Positions 30,593 to 40,241 of a DNA stretch of 64,000 nt are shown here, piece after piece (within the stretch, counting starts at the first letter, position 1; each line of letters begins with the position of its first letter). The DNA is from an uncultured Candidatus Saccharibacteria bacterium. GTDB taxonomy: Bacteria; Patescibacteriota; Minisyncoccia; Phycocordibacterales; UBA2163. A program made the translations under genes and the position numbers. The notes beneath the pieces were generated by a model. The model was not told where the DNA came from, did no database searches, and saw only the letters and a list, made by a program, of their open reading frames with translations. The DNA is taken from positions 386-64,385 of the forward strand of contig CAZVGL010000002.1 in the NCBI GenBank assembly GCA_964626705.1, read 5' to 3'.

Positions 30593-31675
30593 ATCGACAG
30601 GCCGTTTTTAATAACAGTTATTATCCTAGTAGTTGCAGGATTTTTTATTTTCACTTCTGCATCACTCGGACTTTTAGCACGTGACGGAGCACGATTTTCT
30701 TCTGTAGCATTTAGTCAGTTTTTCTTAGGGATCTTCCTTGGCGCTATAGCACTTCTTATAACAACAAAGATCAAATATACGTTTTGGAGAAAGTACGCAT
30801 TTTATATATTTATAGGATCAGCCATAGCAACATTGCTTGTATTTGTACCTGGTCTTGGTGTGTCGTCAGGAGGTGCACAACGTTGGCTTGATTTTGGTTT
30901 TGTAACATTCCAACCTGCAGAAATGCTTAAGATAGGGTTTGTAATATATTTTGCTGCATGGCTTACAAATGCAAAAGACAGACTACACACAATAGGACAT
31001 GGAATAGTACCTTTTGTTGTACTGCTTGCCATAACAGGTGGAATACTTTTGTCTCAACCTGACACTGGTACACAACTTGTAATACTCGCTTCCGGTATCG
31101 CAATGTTCATCGCTGCTGGCGCAAGGTGGCGTGACATATTTGCACTCGGAGGCATAGCTGGAGTATCACTGACAGTACTTGCGTATATACAACCATATGT
31201 AAAAGACAGGATACTTACTTTCATAAACCCAGCGAGTGATGCTTTAGGTTCTGGCTGGCAGATAAAACAATCGCTTATAGCAATAGGCTCAGGAGAGATA
31301 TTTGGGCGAGGTTTTGGGCAGAGTGTACAAAAGTTTCAATATCTTCCAGAGCCAGTAGGGGACTCTATTTTTGCAGTAGCAGCAGAGGAGTTTGGCTTTA
31401 TAGGAAGTGCTTTTATAATCACACTTTTTCTCTTTCTTGCTTTTAGGGGACTTAAAATAGCAACAAAAGCCCCTGACAACTTTAGTGGACTGGTAGTTGT
31501 TGGAATTGTTATACTTATAGCATCACAGTCGTTTATAAATATAGGGTCAATGCTGGGAGTAATGCCACTCACTGGTCTTCCGCTTTTATTTATAAGCCAT
31601 GGTGGAAGTGCTCTACTTTTTGCATTGGCGGAAATAGGTATTGTACTTAATATATCGAAATTTAGAAAAATTTAA
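30581..31675 (+). CDS. ftsW: SEDS peptidoglycan polymerase FtsW
   Basis: GAQRW, FQPAE, QPDTG, GWQIKQS, LPEPVGDSIF, TGLPLLFISHGGS; adjacent to murG. Confidence 0.93.
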   Translation: MLKKIDRPFLITVIILVVAGFFIFTSASLGLLARDGARFSSVAFSQFFLGIFLGAIALLITTKIKYTFWRKYAFYIFIGSAIATLLVFVPGLGVSSGGAQRWLDFGFVTFQPAEMLKIGFVIYFAAWLTNAKDRLHTIGHGIVPFVVLLAITGGILLSQPDTGTQLVILASGIAMFIAAGARWRDIFALGGIAGVSLTVLAYIQPYVKDRILTFINPASDALGSGWQIKQSLIAIGSGEIFGRGFGQSVQKFQYLPEPVGDSIFAVAAEEFGFIGSAFIITLFLFLAFRGLKIATKAPDNFSGLVVVGIVILIASQSFINIGSMLGVMPLTGLPLLFISHGGSALLFALAEIGIVLNISKFRKI

Positions 31676-31685
31676 TTATTTAAAA

Positions 31686-32816
31686 ATGAAAATAGTATTT
31701 ACAGGTGGGGGAACAGGAGGACATTTTTATCCTATAATAGCCGTCGCAGAAGAAATAAATAATGTTGCAAAAGAACAAAGATTGCTTACCCCAAAGCTAT
31801 ATTATATTGCACCTGAAAAATACGATGCACGAGCTCTGTACGAAAACAATATAACATTCAAGAAAAGTCCGGCTGGAAAAATACGTAGATATTTTTCCAT
31901 TTGGAACTTAATAGATAAATTTAAAACAGGTATCGGTGTAATAAAAGCAACACTTCAACTTTTTGCTATTTATCCAGACGTAGTGTTCAGCAAGGGTGGG
32001 TATGCAAGCTTTCCAACTGTATTTGCTGCAAAGATATTACGCATACCTGTTATTATCCATGAGTCTGATGCGGTGCCAGGTAGAGTAAACCTTTGGTCAG
32101 GAAAATTTGCTGTGAAGATAGCTGTGTCATACCCAGAAGCAGTTTCTTTTTTTGACAGAGAAAAGGTTGCTTTCACAGGCAACCCTGTGAGAAGAGAGTT
32201 ATTCACACTCGCACATGAAGGGGCACATGAATACCTTAAACTAGAAAAAAATGTACCAACTATCTTAGTACTTGGAGGTTCACAAGGTGCAAAAAGAATA
32301 AACGATACACTCATGGAAGCTCTACCGAGACTTGTAGAGAAGTACCAAATCATTCACCAAACAGGGAAGAAGAACTTTAAAGAAATAAAATCAACAACAC
32401 GGATAATATTAGAGGGGACAGAGTACGCACATAGATATAAACCGTTTGATTTTCTAAACACCCTTGCAATGCGTATGTCAGGTGGTGCTGCAGACTTAGT
32501 AGTATCTCGTGCTGGATCAGGTGCAATAGCTGAAATAGCTCTATGGGGACTGCCCAGTATTATAGTTCCTATTTCACAAAATGTGTCACACGACCAACAT
32601 AAGAATGCCTTTACGTACTCAAGAAGCGGTGCAACCGTAGTTATTGAAGAAAAAAATTTCACACCAAACCTACTCGCTTCTGAAATAGACCGACTCATAA
32701 GTGACAAGACTCTTACAAAAAAGATGCGTGACGGCGCAAAAGAATTTGCAAAGCCAGACGCTGCACGAAAGATAGCAGAGGGGATTATAGCAACAGCTCT
32801 CAAACACGAGGAGTAA
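31686..32816 (+). CDS. murG: UDP-GlcNAc:lipid I GlcNAc transferase
   Basis: GGGTGGH, KGGY, HESD, GNPVR, GGSQGA, SRAG. Confidence 0.97.
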   Translation: MKIVFTGGGTGGHFYPIIAVAEEINNVAKEQRLLTPKLYYIAPEKYDARALYENNITFKKSPAGKIRRYFSIWNLIDKFKTGIGVIKATLQLFAIYPDVVFSKGGYASFPTVFAAKILRIPVIIHESDAVPGRVNLWSGKFAVKIAVSYPEAVSFFDREKVAFTGNPVRRELFTLAHEGAHEYLKLEKNVPTILVLGGSQGAKRINDTLMEALPRLVEKYQIIHQTGKKNFKEIKSTTRIILEGTEYAHRYKPFDFLNTLAMRMSGGAADLVVSRAGSGAIAEIALWGLPSIIVPISQNVSHDQHKNAFTYSRSGATVVIEEKNFTPNLLASEIDRLISDKTLTKKMRDGAKEFAKPDAARKIAEGIIATALKHEE

Positions 32817-33447
32817 TAGTTTTTATTATATTCTCATGAACTTCTTCTACGGACGGAGTAGCATCTATATCTAGAAATATAAAATCAGAGTGATCTTTTA
32901 AAGACTCCATGACTATATCTGTCTTTATACGATATACATCAATCCTATTTTTTATAACCTCATGCGCATCATCGATCCTCTTTGAACCATCTTTTGCTGT
33001 ACGATTTATTAATCTTTCTTGCAGAACTTCATCTGACGCACATAAGCGAATAAAATATCTCTTACTTTCAGGCATCACATAGTGCATAAGTTTATTATAT
33101 GTATCCACTTCATCTTGATTACGAAGTATTCCTTCAAATATAATATGACTTTTCCCATCATTTTTTTTTAATAAAGTTTGCGTGATCAAATCCATCGTCA
33201 TGGCACCAGGAATAGTTTCTCCTTTAATATAAATACTTTCATGTATTATGCTTTTCATATGTTCTGTATAAAAAGGATTCTCTGTAGTCTCTCTTAGTCT
33301 TGTTCCATTGTCATGACGTATAACCTCAATATTTGAATTATCTTTTAATAGAAACTCTTCTAACTTATCTGCTTGAGTCTCTTTTCCAGAACCAGGGGGT
33401 CCAACAACGATAAAAATACTTGGTTTTGTAAATATATTTTTTGACAT
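32800..33447 (-). CDS. Adenylate kinase-like nucleoside monophosphate kinase (divergent)
   Basis: GPPGSGKETQA P-loop, RIDD LID motif. Confidence 0.8.
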   Translation of the reverse strand: MSKNIFTKPSIFIVVGPPGSGKETQADKLEEFLLKDNSNIEVIRHDNGTRLRETTENPFYTEHMKSIIHESIYIKGETIPGAMTMDLITQTLLKKNDGKSHIIFEGILRNQDEVDTYNKLMHYVMPESKRYFIRLCASDEVLQERLINRTAKDGSKRIDDAHEVIKNRIDVYRIKTDIVMESLKDHSDFIFLDIDATPSVEEVHENIIKTITPRV

Positions 33448-33502
33448 ATGGATATGTTACACTGATTATATTATATAAACAAATCAAGACGTAAAAAGTA
33501 AC

Positions 33503-34849
33503 ATGAGCGAGGATAAGAACAAAGAAATACGAACACGAATAGCGCCGTCGCCGACGGGGGATTTGCATATTGGGACTACACGCACAGCTTTGTTTAGCTA
33601 TCTTTTTGCAAAGCAAAATAATGGGAAGTTTATAATGCGTATTGAGGATACTGATAAAGAACGTAGTGAAGAAAAATTTGAAAAAGATATCCTAGAAGGT
33701 TTAAAATGGCTTGGTCTTAAGGCGGATGAAACACATCGCCAATCAGAACGTACAGATGTATATAGTAAATATATTCAACAAATGCTTGATGCTAATACTG
33801 CTTACATATCAAAAGAAGAAAGTAAAAAAGAAGTTGGAAAAGAAATAGAAGTAGTGCGTCTTAAAAACCAGAATAAGAAAGTTAAATTTGAAGATATAGT
33901 TAGAGGAGAGATAGAGTTCGACACTACAGAACTTGGTGATTTTGTAGTAGCCCGTAGTGTAAGCGAGCCGTTGTATCATTTGGCTGTAGTGATAGATGAC
34001 AACGAAATGTGTATCACTCATGTTATCCGTGGAGAGGACCATATATCTAATACTCCACGTCAGATCCTTATACAAGAAGCGCTAGGAATAGAGCGACCTA
34101 AATATGCCCATATTCCGCTCATTTTGGCCCCAGATAGGTCCAAAATGTCTAAACGGCGTAATGCCACCTCAATTACAGAATACCGCGAAAAAGGCTATAT
34201 TTCTAGCGCTTTGGTCAACTATATGGCTCTACTTGGCTGGAATCCAGGCACAGAACAGGAATTATTTACTTTAGACGAGCTAATAGCAGAATTTAGCCTA
34301 GAAAACATACAGAAGGGTGGGGCTATTTTTGATATAGAAAAGCTCAATTGGTTCAATAAGGAATACATAAAGAAAATGTTGGACACCGAGTGTCCAACAT
34401 TTCTAACAGAGATCAAAAAGTATCTTTCTGGTGATGATGAAATAATAAAGAAAATTATTCCTATAATTACAGAGAGAATAAATGTGTTTGAAGATATTGA
34501 AGAAATGAAAAAAGCAGGGGAGTTAGATTACTTTTTTAATCAGCCAGAATATGACGCAAAAAATTTACTTTGGAAACAAGATAATGATCTAAAAGTTTCA
34601 GCTGAGCATTTAAAGAAAGTTATAAATTTACTTGAAAAAATTTCTGAAGATAATTTTACTCAGGATGAGATCAAAAAAGCAGTCTGGGAATATGCCACAG
34701 AAGTTGGAAGGGGGTCAGTCCTCTGGCCGATGCGCTACGCACTATCAGGTCGCGACAAATCACCAGATCCATTCCAGCTTGCAGAAGTATTAGGAAAAGA
34801 CGAAACTATAAATCGCATAAACAATGCAATTAATAAAATCGCTGGATAA
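33503..34849 (+). CDS. gltX: Glutamate-tRNA ligase
   Basis: RIAPSPTG.LHIG, RIEDTD, RGEDH, KMSKR. Confidence 0.97.
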   Translation: MSEDKNKEIRTRIAPSPTGDLHIGTTRTALFSYLFAKQNNGKFIMRIEDTDKERSEEKFEKDILEGLKWLGLKADETHRQSERTDVYSKYIQQMLDANTAYISKEESKKEVGKEIEVVRLKNQNKKVKFEDIVRGEIEFDTTELGDFVVARSVSEPLYHLAVVIDDNEMCITHVIRGEDHISNTPRQILIQEALGIERPKYAHIPLILAPDRSKMSKRRNATSITEYREKGYISSALVNYMALLGWNPGTEQELFTLDELIAEFSLENIQKGGAIFDIEKLNWFNKEYIKKMLDTECPTFLTEIKKYLSGDDEIIKKIIPIITERINVFEDIEEMKKAGELDYFFNQPEYDAKNLLWKQDNDLKVSAEHLKKVINLLEKISEDNFTQDEIKKAVWEYATEVGRGSVLWPMRYALSGRDKSPDPFQLAEVLGKDETINRINNAINKIAG

Positions 34850-34896
34850 GGTCGTTCCTCGAGGAGGAGTGATAGCGACGGGAGAGGTGCGACCTT
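34848..34896. repeat. REP/REPIN-like inverted doublet overlapping gltX stop
   Basis: aaggtcgttcctc ... gaggtgcgacctt (reverse complement aaggtcgcacctc). Confidence 0.5.
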
Positions 34897-34963
34897 GAAG
34901 GAATTGGTACAGATACCTTATTATGGTATACAAATATTAAAAGCAAAAAATCTGACTCTATGT

Positions 34964-34999
34964 CGGATTTTTTGGTATAATAGTTTAATGTTAAAAAAG
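34964..34999 (+). repeat. Copy 2 of terminator-tail/-10/ATG repeat
   Basis: cggattttttggtataatagtttaATGttaaaaaag. Confidence 0.7.
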
Positions 35000-35995
35000 A
35001 TAGAAGATAAACAAGACAAAGGGGAAATAATTATCTACCAAACTTCTAAAAAAGAAGTCGGTTTAAAGGTACGACTTGAAAAAGATACTGTGTGGCTTGA
35101 TGCACATCAGATTTCAGAATTATTTAACATCGATAGAACAGTTATTGTCAAACATATTAGAAATGTATACAAGACTGATGAGCTAGCCGAAAAAGCAACC
35201 TGTGCAAAAATTGCACAGGTTGCGGCTGATGGGAAGATACGAAAGATGAATACTTATAACCTAGATATGATTATAAGTATTGGGTATCGTGTTAACTCCA
35301 AGAATGCTACGCAATTTAGAGTTTGGGCGACAAAGGTATTAAGACAACATATTCTACAAGGGTATACAATCAATGAAAATCGGCTTTTAGAGGCGCGAGA
35401 CAAGTTTAGAGAATTACAAACGGCTGTCAGTTTTCTACAAAATAAAGCGCAAAAAAAGCAATTAAAAGGACAAGAAAAAGAAATTCTGAATTTATTAGCT
35501 GACTATTCAAAAACACTTACTATTCTGGAACAATATGATAAAGGAAAACTTAAAACACCGAAAGGTAAAAAAGCAAGTTTTGTTCTTGAGTACGAAAAAT
35601 ATCAAGATGTAGTTTTGGAGCTTAAAAAAGAATTAATTTCTAAAAAAGAAGCAAGCGATATATTTGGCAATGACGTAACTAATAAATTTGACAGTATAAT
35701 AGCAAATCTATACCAGACATTTGGTGGAAAAGAGCTATATAAAGGACTTGAAGATAAAGCGGCGCATCTTTTGTATCTTACTATCAAAGATCACCCTTTT
35801 ACAGATGGTAACAAACGCATTGGGGCATTTTCTTTTGTATATTTTCTAGATAAAAATAATTACCTTCATCGTAAAAATGGAGAGAGAAAAATTAATGACA
35901 ATGCATTAACGGCTTTGGCGCTTCTTATTGCTGAAAGCGATCCAAAAGAAAAAGATGTTATTATAAAAATTATTATTAACCTACTACACGATTAA
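34988..35995 (+). CDS. RhuM-family / Fic(Doc) fusion protein
   Basis: YNLDMIISIGYRVNS..ATQFRVWAT (RhuM) and HPFTDGNKRIG (Fic motif). Confidence 0.92.
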   Translation: MLKKIEDKQDKGEIIIYQTSKKEVGLKVRLEKDTVWLDAHQISELFNIDRTVIVKHIRNVYKTDELAEKATCAKIAQVAADGKIRKMNTYNLDMIISIGYRVNSKNATQFRVWATKVLRQHILQGYTINENRLLEARDKFRELQTAVSFLQNKAQKKQLKGQEKEILNLLADYSKTLTILEQYDKGKLKTPKGKKASFVLEYEKYQDVVLELKKELISKKEASDIFGNDVTNKFDSIIANLYQTFGGKELYKGLEDKAAHLLYLTIKDHPFTDGNKRIGAFSFVYFLDKNNYLHRKNGERKINDNALTALALLIAESDPKEKDVIIKIIINLLHD

Positions 35996-36201
35996 AATAA
36001 ATTATGCTCAAAAAGATTATTTTGTTAATACACCGAGCGTTACACCAATACTAAGCCTTAAATATTAATTATCCCACATACTGTAAATGGAATGGAAAAG
36101 GAGTTTCGTATCTTTTCCATCGTCTAAACAAATAATCTTGAGTGGAGATATCCACATACGTTTCGTATTAAATCTTAAAAAAACATATATACTATATATA
36201 A

Positions 36202-37248
36202 ATGCAAAAAATAATAACTAAAACTATAATATTACTCGCAGTTTTAACATTAGCATTATCGGTGAACTATATATTCGCAGCGTGGGTAGGGCCAACAGAA
36301 GCTCCGCCTGGAGGAAATACTCCGACACCTATTCATATTGGCACAACAGATCAAGTAAAAGACGCGGGGTTGTCACTCGACGCTCTTTCTGTGTTTGGTG
36401 GTGGATATTTTCAGGGTAGTGTGGGAGTCGGTGTGGTTACACCTACAGAATCACTTGAAGTTGCTGGTGGTGTAAAGGTTGGCAACAGTACAAATACAAA
36501 TGCTGGAACCATACGCTGGACTGGGACAGATTTCGAAGGATATGACGGGACAGAATGGAAATCCCTAACTTCTGAAGGTGGTACAACTATAATATCTGGA
36601 GATGCTACGGATTGTAATAATGTTGGTGGAAATTGGGTGGAAGCTCAAGGCGTTTGCTATATTCCTGGCACAAGTTGTCCTGCTAACTGGACATCGAAAG
36701 AAAATTATAGCAGTACGAGTGGTGATAGTTGCGCAGGTTACCCAAATGAAGGTAATTATGAGGGTGAACCTTGTGAAAATGCACCATATTCATGTTCAAC
36801 AGGATCTCATGTAAGAGAAAATTCAGGAACTGAATCCTGTAGATACAATCGTCTAGTTCGTCGTCGTGATTGTGCATATCAACCAAATCAATCATGCACC
36901 GCCACTCAAACAGAAGTTGGTTGTGAGAAAGCGTCAACAAAATGTAACAATGATGGCGGCGACTGGAATGATGCCCAAGATGTTTGTTATATAGCTGGTG
37001 CAAGCTGTCCTTCTGGATGGAAATCAAAAGAAAACTATAGCAGTAGTGTACCGAACACTTGCCAAGGAAGAAATGACGAAGGAAATATCTGTGGTCAAGA
37101 AACAGACTGCTCAACAGGCTCTCATGCTAGAGAAAATATTGTCATAGAAAGTTGTGTATATCAAGATACTTACTACTACACAAGCTGTCAGCCAACATTT
37201 GGTACCTGCAATGCTGCTCAAACTGAGATTGGATGTATCATAAATTAA
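36202..37248 (+). CDS. Secreted fibre-like protein with two tandem Cys-rich modules (paralog of 29756..30517)
   Basis: N-terminal ~125 aa nearly identical to 29756 protein; modules at 36613-36924 and 36943-37245. Confidence 0.85.
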   Translation: MQKIITKTIILLAVLTLALSVNYIFAAWVGPTEAPPGGNTPTPIHIGTTDQVKDAGLSLDALSVFGGGYFQGSVGVGVVTPTESLEVAGGVKVGNSTNTNAGTIRWTGTDFEGYDGTEWKSLTSEGGTTIISGDATDCNNVGGNWVEAQGVCYIPGTSCPANWTSKENYSSTSGDSCAGYPNEGNYEGEPCENAPYSCSTGSHVRENSGTESCRYNRLVRRRDCAYQPNQSCTATQTEVGCEKASTKCNNDGGDWNDAQDVCYIAGASCPSGWKSKENYSSSVPNTCQGRNDEGNICGQETDCSTGSHARENIVIESCVYQDTYYYTSCQPTFGTCNAAQTEIGCIIN

Positions 37249-37265
37249 TTTAAAGTAATGGCTAC

Positions 37266-37293
37266 AAAAAATCCGCAAATTAGCGGATTTTTT
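37266..37293 (+). terminator. Intrinsic terminator fused to the -10 box of next gene (repeat copy 3 at 37284-37319)
   Basis: aaaaaatccgc-aaatta-gcggatttttt then ggTATAAT-6nt-ATG. Confidence 0.7.
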
Positions 37294-37307
37294 GGTATAA
37301 TAATTTA

Positions 37308-38573
37308 ATGCTTAAAAAGACATTTATTATTCTAATACTAATATTTGTAGGGTTTAGTACCACTCACGCTTCTATTGTAGATGAGCTAAAAGACCGTATA
37401 TCAGACAGAAATACTAAAATAGAAGAACTTGAAAAAGAGATTGTAAAATACCAAAAAGACCTTGAAGTAGTTGGGGAAGAAAAACAAACTCTTAACAGTG
37501 AGGTAAAAACACTAGACATATCGCGACAAAAGATAGGGACTGATATAAAATTAACCCAAAACAAAATAGACTCTACAAATTACCAAATACAAGATCTTTC
37601 CTTAGATATTAACGGAAAAGAAAACAGTATAAGTAAAAACACAGAAGTTATAGCAGAGACGATACGTACGATGAATGAAATAGAGTCTGAATCTCTTATT
37701 GAGATAATACTGTCAAATAACGATCTTTCAGAGTTCCTCAACCAAATAGACACACTGCAACAGTTCCAGTCAAAAATGCGTGATGACATAAAACGCCTAA
37801 CTTCACTGAAAGAAGATCTAGAAGATAAGAAAGGACAAACAGAGAAAAAGAAAAAGGAGCTTGCAAATTTTAAAGGCGACTTGTCTGACCAAAAATATGT
37901 ACTTGATATAAACAGAAAAGACAAAAACACACTTCTTAGTATTACAAAAAACAAAGAGTCTAACTATCAAAAACTTTTAGATGAAAAAGTTGAAGCCCGC
38001 AAAGCTTTTGAACGTGAACTTTTAGATTTAGAATCACAACTTCAGATAGAGATAGATACTTCCAAAATCGCAAAAGCGGGGAAGGGCGTGCTTGCATGGC
38101 CACTTGATAAAGTTACAGTTACACAATATTTCGGTAACACAAAGTTTGCAAAGTCAGGTGGGTACAACGGAAGTGGGCATAATGGAATGGACTTTCGTGC
38201 TACAACTGGTACAAAAGTCAAAGCTGCACTTACTGGAACAGTAGTGGCTGTTGGAAATACAGACGCAGTGAAAGGTTGTTACTCTTATGGTAAATTTGTA
38301 CTAATAAAGCACAACAATGGCCTTTCAACCCTTTATGCTCACTTAAGTTTTGCGAGCGTTAAAAAAGGAGATACTGTAATCACCAGTGATGTGATCGGCT
38401 ACTCCGGCAACACAGGCTACTCAACAGGGCCGCATCTTCACTTTACAGTTTACGCCAGCCAAGGTGTGCAGATCGTCCGTTATGGAGACTACAAAGCTAA
38501 AACAAACTGCGCTGACGCCAATATACCAGTCGCCCCACTTAATGCGTATTTGAATCCTATTGATTATTTATAA
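37308..38573 (+). CDS. M23 family murein endopeptidase with coiled-coil N-terminus
   Basis: Signal peptide, coiled coil, HNGMD, YAHL, STGPHLHF. Confidence 0.93.
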   Translation: MLKKTFIILILIFVGFSTTHASIVDELKDRISDRNTKIEELEKEIVKYQKDLEVVGEEKQTLNSEVKTLDISRQKIGTDIKLTQNKIDSTNYQIQDLSLDINGKENSISKNTEVIAETIRTMNEIESESLIEIILSNNDLSEFLNQIDTLQQFQSKMRDDIKRLTSLKEDLEDKKGQTEKKKKELANFKGDLSDQKYVLDINRKDKNTLLSITKNKESNYQKLLDEKVEARKAFERELLDLESQLQIEIDTSKIAKAGKGVLAWPLDKVTVTQYFGNTKFAKSGGYNGSGHNGMDFRATTGTKVKAALTGTVVAVGNTDAVKGCYSYGKFVLIKHNNGLSTLYAHLSFASVKKGDTVITSDVIGYSGNTGYSTGPHLHFTVYASQGVQIVRYGDYKAKTNCADANIPVAPLNAYLNPIDYL

Positions 38574-39064
38574 AATATTGTATTTTATATTGTGCGACAC
38601 TAAAATAGGCGATTGGTCTAAGAGGGTATAGAAGAGTGAGAAAAGAGTCTCAAAATTGATCTGTGAGGTATTTTTATAGGTACTATGGTACCAGTAGGTA
38701 TTGGTCGCAAGCTTGTTATTTTTAGAGAAAATTTAAAAAGTGGTTTTTTATTTAAAAGTAATAAAATATATTTTATAGAGAATTTAGAAAAAGAGATGGG
38801 TGAAGACATTTTTGGAAAACAGTAGTATCAAACTAAGTAGCACACATCTGATACAACTTAACGCACACAGAGTCGTGTACGCGTTTTTATTTCTATTTAA
38901 AGGGAAGTAGCTTAAGAGGAATCCCACCCTTTGTTTTAATATCAATGTCGGAAAAGATATATTGTGCGACGTATATATAAAATAAACATCTCGCCAAAAC
39001 GATACCTTCCCTTTTAAAACATATCTAAATTATTTTTATTTATGTGTGGTCAATTATTTAATAC

Positions 39065-39102
39065 AAAACCACCCGCGTGTCTTACGACACGCGGGTGGTT
39101 TT
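39065..39102. terminator. Bidirectional intrinsic terminator
   Basis: aaaaccacccgcgtgtc-ttac-gacacgcgggtggtttt perfect 17-bp stem. Confidence 0.8.
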
Positions 39103-39112
39103 TATTTTTAAA

Positions 39113-39559
39113 TTATCTCATGGCGACATGGTTCTCAACACCCCAACATTTGGAAGATGCAAGCCACGGTGTAGTCCCCTCTTTTTCGAAGAGATACTCC
39201 GCATAGTTCATATTACCTTCAAGCGTATATAAATTGATTCCAAGCCTATCAGCGGTCTTGCCGTGGTAATACTCATTGATCTGCATTACACCGACGTCAG
39301 ACTTATTAACCTTGCCTCTTATTACATCGCCATCTTCGCCAAATTGTCGGAAGCTTGATTCGCATCCGGCAACTTCTGCCATGACGGGATAATTTTCAAA
39401 GTGCTCACGCACGTACTCCTCAACAGTTGGAGATTCCATGAATCTCGTATTATCTGTATGAGCCACACTTCCCTGCTGTTCTATTATAGAAGCTTCCACA
39501 AGTGGAGCTCCGGTAGTCGAACTAAGAAATGCTAAGATTAATATTGTTATTTCTATGAT
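39113..39559 (-). CDS. Secreted lysozyme-like / lytic transglycosylase (SLT-like) protein; probable non-AUG start
   Basis: CESS catalytic Glu motif, GVMQIN, GN..YA; in-frame hydrophobic extension IIEITILILAFLSSTTG upstream of the GTG at 39499. Confidence 0.75.
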   Translation of the reverse strand: MIEITILILAFLSSTTGAPLVEASIIEQQGSVAHTDNTRFMESPTVEEYVREHFENYPVMAEVAGCESSFRQFGEDGDVIRGKVNKSDVGVMQINEYYHGKTADRLGINLYTLEGNMNYAEYLFEKEGTTPWLASSKCWGVENHVAMR

Positions 39560-39635
39560 AAGCGTTTTTTATTACTGTTAATATCTCTGTCTTTTGACAA
39601 AAATAAAAAGCTGACCTAAGCCAACTTCTTCATCT

Positions 39636-39664
39636 GTCATAACATATTGTTAACATCTTGTCAA
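39636..39664 (-). promoter_or_regulatory. Putative sigma70 promoter for SLT-like gene
   Basis: TTGACA-17 nt-TATGAC with extended TG. Confidence 0.5.
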
Positions 39665-39692
39665 GCCCATCAGGAAAGTCTTCCTGATGGGC
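39665..39692. terminator. Stem-loop after 39711 ORF
   Basis: gcccatcaggaa-agtc-ttcctgatgggc. Confidence 0.6.
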
Positions 39693-39710
39693 GAAATACT
39701 GCTCTTCTAT

Positions 39711-40241
39711 CTATCTTAACCACATCCTTTGTACATTCACACCCATTGGAACACCGTCTTGTTGTGGAGTGGCTTCTAAAATATACCTAAAATACAGCAT
39801 TTCTCCTTCCGGTATCTTAAGAGCAGTTTTTTTTCCTGCCTGATTTTTAATAGGAAATATAACTCTATTATCACCAGTGGTAATAGACATTACTCCATCC
39901 GGAGTAATGTTCCCATCAGACCCAACACCAGTTATTGGAATTGTATATCTTTTATCCACATATGCCTTTATGCACGGAACAGCAAGGCAGACATTTTGCA
40001 GATTGGTCCAGACAGTAATTTCGTCTACTTTCAGATCAACCCATTGATCTGCATTTATACTAAATTCACAGACAGTGGTTTCTGTATCCTTCACTAATTC
40101 TCTTGTGTTACAACTCGTAATTCTTAAAGAGTATCCTTTTCTTTTATCTGTCGTACTTTCTTGCAAGTTAGCAATACTTGCACAAAATAGAAAAAACATT
40201 AGGAAAGACAAAATTGCGCCACTACAATTATGTTTATACAT
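39711..40241 (-). CDS. Hypothetical exported protein
   Basis: N-terminal hydrophobic segment; GGGGG upstream of ATG 40241; beta-rich remainder. Confidence 0.6.
   Translation of the reverse strand: MYKHNCSGAILSFLMFFLFCASIANLQESTTDKRKGYSLRITSCNTRELVKDTETTVCEFSINADQWVDLKVDEITVWTNLQNVCLAVPCIKAYVDKRYTIPITGVGSDGNITPDGVMSITTGDNRVIFPIKNQAGKKTALKIPEGEMLYFRYILEATPQQDGVPMGVNVQRMWLR

Noticed and set aside
34988-35995. RhuM-Fic as a novel system on its own
   Set aside because: A widespread known fusion; only its repeat-flanked context is reported
29756-37248. Diversity-generating retroelement behind the variable Cys-rich loops
   Set aside because: No reverse transcriptase or template repeat in the window; loops differ in length and at all bases, not by adenine-specific substitution
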